Positions 46,509-56,220 of a stretch of DNA of 64,000 nucleotides are shown one piece after another (position 1 is the stretch's first letter; the number at the start of each line of letters is the position of its first letter). The notes beneath the pieces are model-generated. The model was not told where the DNA came from. It searched no databases and saw only the letters and a list, made by a program, of their open reading frames with translations. The stretch lies in NCBI GenBank assembly GCA_041483895.1, contig JBGPGO010000013.1, positions 1 to 64,000 on the forward strand, in the 5' to 3' direction. Source of the stretch: Fimbriimonadia bacterium. Lineage in GTDB: Bacteria > Armatimonadota > Fimbriimonadia > Fimbriimonadales > JABRVX01. The translations under genes and the position numbers were made by a program.

Positions 46509-46900
46509 TACTTACCATCCCCACTGATCACGGACTTGAGTCCCTTGAAGAACCGACTGGTCAAAAGGGTAAGGGAGCGGTATCGGAGCTCAACCTCCGC
46601 CAGGTTGGCCATCTGCGTCTCCGGATTGACGTCATTGCCGTCCGGACGCAGCGGCGGGTCGTCGAGCGTCTCGACCTCGTAGTCGCTCCGGTTGGGGTCT
46701 TTGTCTTTGAAGGCGGCGTCGATCTTGGCGCTGTACTCGTCCTGTTTTTCAGACAGCAGGCTGTGGAACAGGTCCTTCGCCTGAAATCCGGGCGTGTTCA
46801 GGTTCGCGATATTGTGCGCAATGACGCGCTGACGAGCAGCCTCGAAACCCAACCCATCCTGCAAGGCAGGCACGGTTGGGCCAAACAGTTTGTCGAGCAT
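46508..46900 (-). CDS. flgB: Flagellar basal-body rod protein FlgB
   Basis: RQRVIAHNIANLNTPGFQAKD, DGNDV. Confidence 0.93.
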   Translation of the reverse strand: MLDKLFGPTVPALQDGLGFEAARQRVIAHNIANLNTPGFQAKDLFHSLLSEKQDEYSAKIDAAFKDKDPNRSDYEVETLDDPPLRPDGNDVNPETQMANLAEVELRYRSLTLLTSRFFKGLKSVISGDGK

Positions 46901-46999
46901 ACAGGTCGCTCCTAAGTTTTCCCCTAGGGGCGTCCAAGCCATTACCACGGTGCAGAATCCGTTGCTCCGGGAGCGAAGATGGAGTTCTCGCTACTTGGG

Positions 47000-47026
47000 A
47001 TATTGGCGGCGAATTCAGATTTTTGA
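47000..47026 (-). promoter_or_regulatory. Putative sigma28 (FliA/SigD)-type promoter upstream of flgB
   Basis: Minus strand TCAA-N15-GCCAATAT versus consensus TAAA-N15-GCCGATAA. Confidence 0.5.
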
Positions 47027-47109
47027 ACACTTGTTTTACGGGATATTTGGTTTTGAGCCGACTTTCTTTCGTCAACTGGGAGGAATTCTGGGATTTTTCT
47101 TGAAAAGGC

Positions 47110-47138
47110 TTGCAATATTTGAAGAAGTTTGTTAGCAT
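47110..47138 (+). promoter_or_regulatory. Putative sigma70 promoter for the TPR gene
   Basis: TTGCAA, 17 nt, TAGCAT with upstream TG. Confidence 0.35.
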
Positions 47139-47185
47139 AACCGAAAAGAGTAGCAAGAAATTCGTTCTTAGGAGCGTAGCTACGT

Positions 47186-47560
47186 ATGGCCCCTGACGGG
47201 ACAACGAGGACATTGCATGAAGCGGCAAAGCTAGAGCTGCGAGACCAACGCTATGCCGACGCCGCACGGAACCTAGAGAGAGCCATTGCTCACGACCCAA
47301 CGGACGCTTGGGCGCACGACAAGCTTGGCATCGCTTTTCAGCGGCTGGGCCGGACAGATGAGGCATTGAAGGAGTTTGAGCGTTCCGTAGAGTTGGCGCC
47401 GTCCGAGGCCGTTTATCTGTATAATTACGGGGCGATGCTGGCAAGCATGGGGCAGACAGACGACGGGATATCCGTTCTCCAACGGTGCCTGAAGCAGGAT
47501 CCGGACCACTGCCGAGCCAAGGAGTTATTGGACAAGACGCTGCAAACGCAAACGAATTGA
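47186..47560 (+). CDS. Small TPR-repeat protein
   Basis: Three TPR-like repeats (AHDKLG...EA...FERSVELAP; YNYG). Confidence 0.85.
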   Translation: MAPDGTTRTLHEAAKLELRDQRYADAARNLERAIAHDPTDAWAHDKLGIAFQRLGRTDEALKEFERSVELAPSEAVYLYNYGAMLASMGQTDDGISVLQRCLKQDPDHCRAKELLDKTLQTQTN

Positions 47561-47655
47561 CGATTTGACAGTACATCGAGAATCGACCGTCTCGGTGTGT
47601 GGGCAGGCGCTCCCCGGCTCCCCCGGGGAGCGCCTTTTGAGTACACTCCCACCAG

Positions 47656-49815
47656 ATGGATGCCTCCGTATTCCTCTTTGGAGCCGATTCCCTGGAACAT
47701 GTCGTCGCCGTGGAGCCGGCCGGCGACCGGGTTCTGCTCTATGTCCGGGACGGTCAGTCGGTCCGAACGGAGGAGCAGCCGTTTCGGCCGTGGCTGTACG
47801 CGCGGGGTAGGCCCGCGCTGCCGGGAGCGGAATGGCAGGCTTTGGAAGCTCCGGAAGAAGGGCAGTGGCTCGACCATCTTGCCCTCTTCCCGAACTGGGA
47901 CAGCTTTCAAAAAGCCCGCTGGGAGCTGCGGGAGTCCGGGGTGGATTTCCTGGCGCCCGCCTCCGCCCAGCGCCAATTCCTCACCGCAACCGGCATCACG
48001 TTGTTCAAAGGGCTGAACTACTCCGACCTTCACCGGCTTCAGCTCGACCTGGAGACCGGTTCGCTTTACCCCACCGAGCCCGCCGCGGAGGTCCTGATGG
48101 TCGCGCTTACCGACAACCGCGGGTTTGAGGAGTGCGTCCAAGGCGGGACCGAAAAGGAGCGGATCGAGCGTGCGGTCACGCTCATCATGGAACGAGACCC
48201 GGACGTGATCGAGGGGCACAATCTGTTCGACTTCGACCTCAATTACCTGAGCCAAAGGGCGGAGGCGCTCGGGGTGTCGCTCCGAATCGGGCGAAACGGG
48301 TCGGCCCTCACGCGAGGTCAGCGGCGGCGGCAGGAAGCATCGTCTTATCGCCGGGAGACCGCCCGCTTCTATCTGCATGGCCGGCACTTCGTCGACACCC
48401 TCCTCGCCGCGCAACGCTACGACTTCGGACGCGGAGAGATGACCAGCTATGGGCTGAAGGCCGTAGCGCAGACCCTCGGGGTCGCTGAGCCCGAGCGGAT
48501 CATCGTGGACCGATCGAATATGACGGTCCTGGTGCGGGAGCAGCCCGAAATGGTGCGGGAATATGCGCTGCAGGACGTGCGCGAGACGCGGGCCATCGCC
48601 GATCTGCTATGCGCGACCGACTTTTATCAGACCCAGATGGTCCCGGACGGATACCAAAACGTATCGACAATGGGCATGGGGGAAAAGATCAACACCCTGA
48701 TGCACCGCGCCTATCTCGCTGCCCGGCACGCCATCCCTATGCCCAGCCCGACGGAGGCGGTGGCGGGAGGATACACGGAGGTTCGGCGCGTAGGGGTGTT
48801 GCGGCCCGTAGTGAAGGCGGACGCCCAGAGCCTGTATCCCAGCATCATGGACGTCTACAACATCGCGCCGTCGTCCGACAAGCTCGGCGTCTTCCTGCCC
48901 ATGCTCCGCGAGCTGACCCGCAGACGAATCGACGCCAAAACCAAGATGCGAGATGTCACTGGGATTGAGCGCACCTATTGGGATGGTCTGCAGAGCTCCT
49001 TCAAGGTGCTTATCAATTCATTTTACGGCTACCTTGGGACAGTGGTGAGCTTCAACGACCCCAAAGCGGCGGGGGAGGTGACCGGCAAGGGGCAGGAGAT
49101 CGTGAAGCAGGCCGCCGCGGAAATCGAGCGGCTGTCCGGACAGGTGATCGAGATCGACACGGATGGGATCTACTTCGTCCCGCCAATAGACATAGCCGGG
49201 GATGAGGCGGAGGAGGAGTTCGTTGCGAAAGTGGCGGGGATATTGCCGAAGGGGATTCACTTGGTGCGCGACGGCAGCTATCGGGCCATGATCTCGCTCA
49301 AGGTCAAGAACTACGTTTTGCAAAAGCACGATGGAGAGCTGATTTTCCACGGGGCGGCGGTGCGGAGCCGGGCGGACGAGCCGTTCGGCCGCGAGTTTAT
49401 CGAGCAAGCCATTCGGATCCTGCTGGAAGGCCCGATCGAAGACTTAACAAAGATGTACCAGCAGACGGTGCAAGAGATTATGGATGGCAAGGTGCCGGCC
49501 GAAAAGCTCGCACGGCGCGAACGAGTGACGGAAAAGACGTTCCGCAGCTCGCTAAGAAAGAGAAGCAAGGCGGCGGCCCAGACCTCCGGCGCGAAGGTTG
49601 GGGATTACGTCAAGGTCTACCAAGCTACTGACGGGAGCCTGCAGCCATTGGACCAATACGCAAACGACGAGGACCGTGATTTCTACTTGGACAAGCTGTA
49701 CAAATTTGCCGTGCGGCTCCGCGACGCGATAGGAGACGAGTTCGACCGGCTGATCGCCTCACCGAAGTCCGCCAAGATGACGGCCTCCGGCCAGCAGAGC
49801 CTCTTCGACCCCTAA
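47656..49815 (+). CDS. polB: Family B DNA polymerase with 3'-5' exonuclease
   Basis: Exo DLETG, GHNLFDFD, YALQD; polymerase DAQSLYPS, KVLINSFYG, IDTDG. Confidence 0.92.
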   Translation: MDASVFLFGADSLEHVVAVEPAGDRVLLYVRDGQSVRTEEQPFRPWLYARGRPALPGAEWQALEAPEEGQWLDHLALFPNWDSFQKARWELRESGVDFLAPASAQRQFLTATGITLFKGLNYSDLHRLQLDLETGSLYPTEPAAEVLMVALTDNRGFEECVQGGTEKERIERAVTLIMERDPDVIEGHNLFDFDLNYLSQRAEALGVSLRIGRNGSALTRGQRRRQEASSYRRETARFYLHGRHFVDTLLAAQRYDFGRGEMTSYGLKAVAQTLGVAEPERIIVDRSNMTVLVREQPEMVREYALQDVRETRAIADLLCATDFYQTQMVPDGYQNVSTMGMGEKINTLMHRAYLAARHAIPMPSPTEAVAGGYTEVRRVGVLRPVVKADAQSLYPSIMDVYNIAPSSDKLGVFLPMLRELTRRRIDAKTKMRDVTGIERTYWDGLQSSFKVLINSFYGYLGTVVSFNDPKAAGEVTGKGQEIVKQAAAEIERLSGQVIEIDTDGIYFVPPIDIAGDEAEEEFVAKVAGILPKGIHLVRDGSYRAMISLKVKNYVLQKHDGELIFHGAAVRSRADEPFGREFIEQAIRILLEGPIEDLTKMYQQTVQEIMDGKVPAEKLARRERVTEKTFRSSLRKRSKAAAQTSGAKVGDYVKVYQATDGSLQPLDQYANDEDRDFYLDKLYKFAVRLRDAIGDEFDRLIASPKSAKMTASGQQSLFDP

Positions 49816-50405
49816 TCGTACAGCTCGGAAGCGGCCAGCAGCAGCACATGCACCGACTCTTCCGCTTTGGCCCGCAGCGGCGAGCCGTCAGGCAGACCCC
49901 GCGCCAAGTTCCGCGCCCGGTTCATGACGTTGACCGCCCGGAGCAGATCGCCCAAGCGCTCCAAAGCCGCGCTCCAGGCAATCAGGCCCTTGATCGTCAA
50001 CTCAAGATCGGCCGCCAATGCGGCGATCTGGACGCTTTGCGAGAAGCAGTCCGCGGCGGAACCATATTCGTCTTGAGCCCGAAAACAGTTTCCCATTCTG
50101 TAGAGAGACTGCGCCCGAAAGGTGGTATCGGCCTCCGTCGTCGGCGGTGGGGACTCGAAGTGGCGGCACAATGCCTTGTCCAGCGCGATGATGGCGTCCC
50201 TAAATTCCTTGAGACGCTCGTGAGCCATCGCAATGTTGCTCAGCAAGGTGGCGGCGAACCGGGAATTTTGCGGGGTCGGGCTCAGATTGTGCAGAACGTC
50301 TGCCCATGCGTCAATCGCCGCCCGCATGTCTCCGCTATCGAATTGTCTCCAGCCTTCCGCCTCTTGCAGCGACCAATCAGCTACCTGCGAATGCATGGAA
50401 TGCAC
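49812..50405 (-). CDS. TPR-repeat protein
   Basis: LLSNIAMAH, SLYRMGNCF, A...F.QSV TPR-like helices. Confidence 0.7.
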   Translation of the reverse strand: MHSMHSQVADWSLQEAEGWRQFDSGDMRAAIDAWADVLHNLSPTPQNSRFAATLLSNIAMAHERLKEFRDAIIALDKALCRHFESPPPTTEADTTFRAQSLYRMGNCFRAQDEYGSAADCFSQSVQIAALAADLELTIKGLIAWSAALERLGDLLRAVNVMNRARNLARGLPDGSPLRAKAEESVHVLLLAASELYD

Positions 50406-50673
50406 CCTCCCACTGACCTATACGACGGGGCGACTGGGAGTATCCCATCGTCCTCGCCGGCACGGGCCGCTGTTCTTGCTCGAGGTCACTCTCCGAAAAT
50501 AAAAGCATGTGCAGTAATATCGGTAATTCTACCACGGCTCCACGGATCATGCAAGGGAATCTTCAAAATATGGTTGGTAATTTCGGTGGGGCCGCTATAT
50601 GTGGATTTCCGGCCGTGCCTGCCTTGATTTTTCGTTTCCAGGCCCATCCTCGTACGTCTAATAGGTTACGAGT

Positions 50674-52713
50674 GTGGCAATTCGAATGATTTTCCGGGTT
50701 TGGAAAGGACTGCTCGCCTGCTTCTGGCTTCTGCCCGCGGTTTCCAACGCGGACGTCTCACGGTTCGCGACGGAAGATGCCCGGCTGCTGAAACCCATCG
50801 ACATCCGTGCCAATTGCCTGACCGCTCGGCGCTTTACGGAGCTGCTTGGGAAGAAGGTCGGCGCGAAGATGAGCGCCACTTCCCGCGTCGGGGATGACTT
50901 GCTGATCGTCTCCGCGCTCGCCCGCCCGGCCGCCGAAATCATGGATCGCGTCGCGGCGCACTTCAGCTTCACTTGGGAACGGTCGGGGAAAACGGCGCCG
51001 TTTAGCTACGTGCTCACCCAATCGGATGTTCAGGTGGGGGCGGAGCGCAAGGCGAGGGAGGCGCGCGACGCCGAGATATTCGACAATGCCCGCTCGCTGA
51101 TGAACGCGCTCGTTGCCGCATACAAGCTGGGCGATACCGAGAGGGCCACCAAGGCGGCGGAATACCAGAAGGCTGTGCTGACGGAGACCGACCCGGAGCG
51201 GATCAAAGAGCTGAATCGCGGCGATGCAGCCATGTGCGCGGATATCGTCAGTCTCCGGGCGAGGCTGTTTGCCGCTGTCGGCATGGATTTGTCGGAGGCG
51301 AGTTGGCAGAAACTGCGGAATGGTGAGACGCTGGTTTACAGTACACGACCGATTTCTGGTGAACGGAAACTGCCTCAGCCGGCGATGAAGGACGTCGAGA
51401 CCGTAATCACATGGGTGAAAATCCTATGTTGCCAACGGGGTATGCAAGGCGCCATATATTCCGTTCGAGGAGTGGACGGGATCGCGGAATTGTCCGACCA
51501 CGCGGCCGTCGATTTAGACCATCCTCCTGCGTATCTGATCTGCAATATCCAATTGCGATATTTCGACGGCATCTTGGCGTCGGCCGTCACCGTCCGCACG
51601 CCGGAGCGACATGCCATCGCCGGCGGATCGTATTACTTGAAAGACACAAAGCAGCCGGCCGGGACCAAGCCGGCAACGCCACCGGACATACCGGAAGAAT
51701 CGACGCTCAATCAAAAGTATCAATTGCCGGAAGGGCTCAAGGCCTTCGCCCGATCCGGCAAGCTGCGGCCGGGATTCTTCTTCCGTTCCGCGTGGGCGGA
51801 GGACAAGTCGAAGGAGTTCACCGAGCCGCTTTCCGTCAGCTATGGGGAGCTGCTTCTGAGCTTGGCCGATGCGGCCGGGATGTTGCTGGTTGCCGATGCA
51901 TTCGATCAGCACGATATGGAGCCTTCCGTTTTGCCAAAAGGCACGATTGCCGATTGGCTGACGGCCGTATGCAAAGGGACCGAATCGCAATGGGCGATCG
52001 ATGGGCAGTGGATCACAGTCCGTTGCCCGCGATATCCGATCTATCGCGCGCTGCAACTCTCGCCTGCTCTGCGTGCGCGAATCTATGAGGCGTTTGCGAA
52101 ATATGGCTATCCCGGCATTAAGTTTTGCGCCGAGATCGCGCGGCAAGTGACATCGGAGCCGAAGTGGAGCGTCGCTCCGTTTATCCGCGGACTTGGTCTT
52201 ACGACGACGCACTTTCCGGTGACGCAATACCCGTGGCTGAAGGTGATCGATGTGCTGCCGGACGAGACGCTGGGCGAGATGTTGAAAGGCCGCAGTGTTT
52301 TGCTCGGAGCGCTGCCGCCCGCGACGGTGCCAGCGTTGCGGAATGCGGTGGTGAGCGGCTGGCCGATCCCCGGCATGGAACCGACGGAAGAGCTGTCAAC
52401 CGCGGCGGCGCTGGCGATCAGTTTCGAATTGCAGGGGGATGTGATTCAATATCACGACGACGCGGAGTTGGGTCCCTCGCTGTTCACGCCGATGACCTTC
52501 GAACGCTGCCGCGAAATCTTCGATGCGTATCAGCACGGGCGGATCCAGGACCTGGACGGGGTGACGTTCGGCTATGTCCGGTTTGGCAGTTTGGCTACCT
52601 ACGCCATCCATCTCATCGGCGATTCGGACACCGAGATGGCGACGTTCCAGATATTGCAGATGCCCCCCGGCCCCACCTGGCCCCTTACTTCACCGCCGCC
52701 TACGGGGAAGTAG
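50674..52713 (+). CDS. Secreted hypothetical protein with STN-like segments
   Basis: Signal peptide; RPAAEIMDRVAAHFSFTW and GELLLSLADAAG...QWAIDGQWITVR segments. Confidence 0.65.
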   Translation: MAIRMIFRVWKGLLACFWLLPAVSNADVSRFATEDARLLKPIDIRANCLTARRFTELLGKKVGAKMSATSRVGDDLLIVSALARPAAEIMDRVAAHFSFTWERSGKTAPFSYVLTQSDVQVGAERKAREARDAEIFDNARSLMNALVAAYKLGDTERATKAAEYQKAVLTETDPERIKELNRGDAAMCADIVSLRARLFAAVGMDLSEASWQKLRNGETLVYSTRPISGERKLPQPAMKDVETVITWVKILCCQRGMQGAIYSVRGVDGIAELSDHAAVDLDHPPAYLICNIQLRYFDGILASAVTVRTPERHAIAGGSYYLKDTKQPAGTKPATPPDIPEESTLNQKYQLPEGLKAFARSGKLRPGFFFRSAWAEDKSKEFTEPLSVSYGELLLSLADAAGMLLVADAFDQHDMEPSVLPKGTIADWLTAVCKGTESQWAIDGQWITVRCPRYPIYRALQLSPALRARIYEAFAKYGYPGIKFCAEIARQVTSEPKWSVAPFIRGLGLTTTHFPVTQYPWLKVIDVLPDETLGEMLKGRSVLLGALPPATVPALRNAVVSGWPIPGMEPTEELSTAAALAISFELQGDVIQYHDDAELGPSLFTPMTFERCREIFDAYQHGRIQDLDGVTFGYVRFGSLATYAIHLIGDSDTEMATFQILQMPPGPTWPLTSPPPTGK

Positions 52714-52715
52714 AG

Positions 52716-54437
52716 TTATCGGTCTCCAACCTGCTCGAAATTTAGAAAGGTGATTGCTAGATCTCGCAAGTCGACCTGCCCGCTCTTGTCGAGATCGCCG
52801 TAATCTTGGAGTTTACCAAAGTTCAGGAAAACTGCAGACACGTCAAAAATATCAACGACATCGTCCAGATTGCAATCGCCATTTACCAAATTCAATTCCA
52901 ACGTATCAGCTAAACTGTCGGTCAGGTCAACATCTCTGATCGTTCGACGCAACCAATTACTCGCCTTGACGGAAATGTCAATGTCGAGGGACGGCAAAGT
53001 AGTTGAAAAGTTTCCAATCTCATCGATGGTCACCGGGACTACATTGAATGGAACCTCAAAATCTCGAAATCGCAACTCTAAGACTACATTGGAAGGCATT
53101 TGGCCGGCCAAACTGCCAAACTGCACGCAACCGCTAACTGGGGACAATGTATCTGTACCAAGTTCCCGTACATATATATCGACAGTGAAATTATGGTCCG
53201 AATCTACCAACGGATCCTTATGCATAAAAGCAACACAATTTCCATTGCCGCTGACGAGAACCATACCTGGCTGGATACCATCATCTACATCAACCAAGTT
53301 GCGAGACACCTTCTCTGTCACATGTGTATGTGAGTAGCGAACCAAGGCGTTCAAAGCCTTATAGGGCGGTTCAAGCGCTAGGTTGGCTGCATCGGACCCG
53401 AATGCAATGACAGAGCCATCTGCTGAAACTGTTGGTCCCTGGCTTCCACCAATTCCTTTCTCATCAGCGTTTGAAACGGAAGCTACCGAAAATAAGCCGT
53501 CATTGCGATCCCATGCTAAGATGTCAGCATATTGGTCAGTTTTGGAAGCCGTCAGGTTCGATGCATAACATTCGAATGCTATGAATCTGCCCGAATCACT
53601 TATTGCAGGTCGAACGGAATTCGCATTTGCCTGAACATTTTGTTGTGTCTTCGTAATGCGAGTCGTCGTGCCCATGAGACGGTCTCGCACGAATATGTCA
53701 TATACGCCGTTCGTATCATCCCCTACAAGATTGGTAGCCCAACTTGCAAACGTCACATACCGGCCGTCCGGAGTCATGGCGGGTTGCATCGAATCCCCAT
53801 TCCCAACACCACCTGTGATAGCGACGGATATCAATTCTAGATCACCAGTTACCAGATTCTTGACGAAGACATCACCTTTACCATTAGAATCGGCAGGAAT
53901 CATGTTTGTTGCTGTCGTTGAGAAACAGATAAACGTGCCATCTGAACTAATGCTAAGTGAAGAGATGTTTGCATTCGGGGACTGTCCCGCGGCATTTAGG
54001 GAAGCCGGGTAAGTCGAATTTCGCAATCGGTCTCGAACAAACGCCTGATTCACAAGATTTGGCGATACTCCAAAATTTGACGCTGAGCTTAAGAAAGCAA
54101 TGAACCTTCCATCCCGGCCTATGATTGGCTGTCGGCTACCAGAGTTGCCTTGTTCTCCGGATGAAGAAATAGATACTAGCTCGGTTGAATTATTCAACCT
54201 GTCGCGCAAGAACACATCAAGTGTTCCATTCTGGTCGATCGGCACCAAATTTGTTGCCGCTGACCAGAAAACTACAAATCGCCCATCCGCGCTCATGGAT
54301 GGATCATAGCAATCAGCATTCGCCGAAGAACCATCGAACGCAAGGCTTACGACGTGCAGGTCACCCGTCTTGCAAAACCCCACACTCACGAGTGAAAGCA
54401 GAAGCAAGGAGCAGGCAAAATTGCCGAATCGCATCAT
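52716..54437 (-). CDS. TolB/PD40-type beta-propeller protein with C-terminal Ig + dockerin-like module
   Basis: Repeats S.DGRFV.F.S.ATNLV..D.NG..DVF.RD; tail KASNWLR...NGD...GDLDKSGQVDL.DL...FLNF..GD. Confidence 0.85.
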   Translation of the reverse strand: MMRFGNFACSLLLLSLVSVGFCKTGDLHVVSLAFDGSSANADCYDPSMSADGRFVVFWSAATNLVPIDQNGTLDVFLRDRLNNSTELVSISSSGEQGNSGSRQPIIGRDGRFIAFLSSASNFGVSPNLVNQAFVRDRLRNSTYPASLNAAGQSPNANISSLSISSDGTFICFSTTATNMIPADSNGKGDVFVKNLVTGDLELISVAITGGVGNGDSMQPAMTPDGRYVTFASWATNLVGDDTNGVYDIFVRDRLMGTTTRITKTQQNVQANANSVRPAISDSGRFIAFECYASNLTASKTDQYADILAWDRNDGLFSVASVSNADEKGIGGSQGPTVSADGSVIAFGSDAANLALEPPYKALNALVRYSHTHVTEKVSRNLVDVDDGIQPGMVLVSGNGNCVAFMHKDPLVDSDHNFTVDIYVRELGTDTLSPVSGCVQFGSLAGQMPSNVVLELRFRDFEVPFNVVPVTIDEIGNFSTTLPSLDIDISVKASNWLRRTIRDVDLTDSLADTLELNLVNGDCNLDDVVDIFDVSAVFLNFGKLQDYGDLDKSGQVDLRDLAITFLNFEQVGDR

Positions 54438-56164
54438 TGATCGCCCCGCAATTCGAAATTTAGGAATACGATTGTTAGATCAGTGACACCAACGATGCCG
54501 TTGAGATCCAGGTCGGCACTAGCATTCGGACTTTCAAACGCAGCGAGCACCGCGTTTAGATCACGCAAGTCGATGACAGTGTCGTAGTACGCATTTCCGT
54601 TGATGAGCGCAAAATCGACACCGACGGCATTACCGTTCGCAGTATCAACATTTGTTAATGTTTTCCGCAGCCAATGTCCGACCGCAACCGAGAGATCTAG
54701 CTTAGCCGGAGGAACCTTGGACGAATACGATCCGTCACCATTGATCGCGACCGGCTGAATCCGAAATGCCACGGTTCTCCCGGGGATTCGAAGTTCGAGA
54801 TTTACTTTGCTTGGCGGAGGACCGAGAATTTTGTCGAAGTCAAAGATTCCAGAGATTGTCGGCCATGGTGGATCGCCCAGCACTCTCACATAAGCAGTGG
54901 CCAAAAACGGCGAGTCGGGATTTAGATCTGGGGCATCCGAAATGAATCCGACGATTCCTCCATCCCCGCTAATCGTTGTCTTGTAAGAGTCCCCCCTCGA
55001 TTGGATCCCAAGGGTTGAAGCGGATACCAATTCGGTCTTGCTCGCAGACAGTATTCGGATGTAAACGTTCGCTGTCCCAACCCCAGGGATATCATCGAAG
55101 TTCTTGGCGCTACTGATGAATGCAATTCGGTCCCCGTCATTTGACATACATGGCGTATAAGAACCGTTATCTGCCGGTACTCCGTTGGAATTCACAGTTA
55201 CCAATTGCGTCGTATGTTCAGCTTGGTCCCTGCGATAAATATGGCCAGCGACAGTTGTTACCAACGGATCGATATTATTCGACTCTGTAACGAACGTCAC
55301 AAACTTGCCATCCGGGGTTAGTGACCCCAGATAACCTGCCCGATTCCCCTGCACTCCCGCCGAAGACTTTGACACGAGCTCTGTACGGTAGTTAACACGA
55401 TCTCGCACAAACACATCACTGAACCCGTTCGTATCGCCCGATACTAAATTGGAGCTAAGACTCTCAAAGGCGACATATCGGCCATCCCCACTAACATAAG
55501 AATGCATTGACGCGCCGCTTCCCTGCTTCAAAGGAACGCCGTCTGCAATGGAGATAAGCTCTGTAGTCCCTAATAGTCGATCCCGCAGAAAAACATCATC
55601 CTGCTTATTTAGATCTCCTGTGACCAGATTCGTAGCCTTTGATGAAAAGGCAACGAATCTGCCATCTTGCGAGATCGTCGGGCGGTAACTATCCCCACTT
55701 CCTTGCACACCGGAACTGGAGCATGAAACAAGTTCGATCTGTCGTGAAGCACGATCCTTCAGGAAAATCTGCTGCTTGCCGTTTGTTCCACCCGCCAATA
55801 GATTTGTCGCAGCGCTCTGAAAGACGATAAATCTGCCGGAAGCATCAATACTGCAGTTGCCTGACGGACCATTTGCCTCTGCTCCGGTCGATGAAATTGA
55901 AACCCGCACGGTTGTAAGTAAAGACAGGTCACGAACGAAGACATCGCTGACAGTATTTCGATCGTTCGCCACTAGATTTGCGGCGTTGCTGGAAAAAGCG
56001 ACATAACGCCCGCTTGCACTCATCGCCACATCGTTAGATTGAAGGTCGCCGACGTCCCCATGGGTTGAAATGCTAACAAAGTCGTTCATGCCCTGATCGG
56101 CTCTCGCCAGAGCAAGGCTGACTGCCAAAAGGCTGAACGTGGACAATTTTATAGACTGTGCCAT
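54434..56164 (-). CDS. TolB/PD40-type beta-propeller protein with C-terminal Ig + dockerin-like module (tandem paralogue)
   Basis: Same repeats and tail; ATGA overlap with the downstream paralogue. Confidence 0.85.
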   Translation of the reverse strand: MAQSIKLSTFSLLAVSLALARADQGMNDFVSISTHGDVGDLQSNDVAMSASGRYVAFSSNAANLVANDRNTVSDVFVRDLSLLTTVRVSISSTGAEANGPSGNCSIDASGRFIVFQSAATNLLAGGTNGKQQIFLKDRASRQIELVSCSSSGVQGSGDSYRPTISQDGRFVAFSSKATNLVTGDLNKQDDVFLRDRLLGTTELISIADGVPLKQGSGASMHSYVSGDGRYVAFESLSSNLVSGDTNGFSDVFVRDRVNYRTELVSKSSAGVQGNRAGYLGSLTPDGKFVTFVTESNNIDPLVTTVAGHIYRRDQAEHTTQLVTVNSNGVPADNGSYTPCMSNDGDRIAFISSAKNFDDIPGVGTANVYIRILSASKTELVSASTLGIQSRGDSYKTTISGDGGIVGFISDAPDLNPDSPFLATAYVRVLGDPPWPTISGIFDFDKILGPPPSKVNLELRIPGRTVAFRIQPVAINGDGSYSSKVPPAKLDLSVAVGHWLRKTLTNVDTANGNAVGVDFALINGNAYYDTVIDLRDLNAVLAAFESPNASADLDLNGIVGVTDLTIVFLNFELRGDQ

Positions 56165-56220
56165 CGCGAAACTCCGTGAAACACGAATAGCAACAGTATA
56201 TCACCGGATACAGGACAAAG

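Noticed and set aside
36007..46900. Non-flagellar type III secretion system
   Set aside because: flgB, flgC, fliE, fliG and flhF identify it as flagellar.
47656..49815. Casposon, pipolin or prophage marked by PolB
   Set aside because: No cas1, integrase, terminal repeats or phage genes around it.
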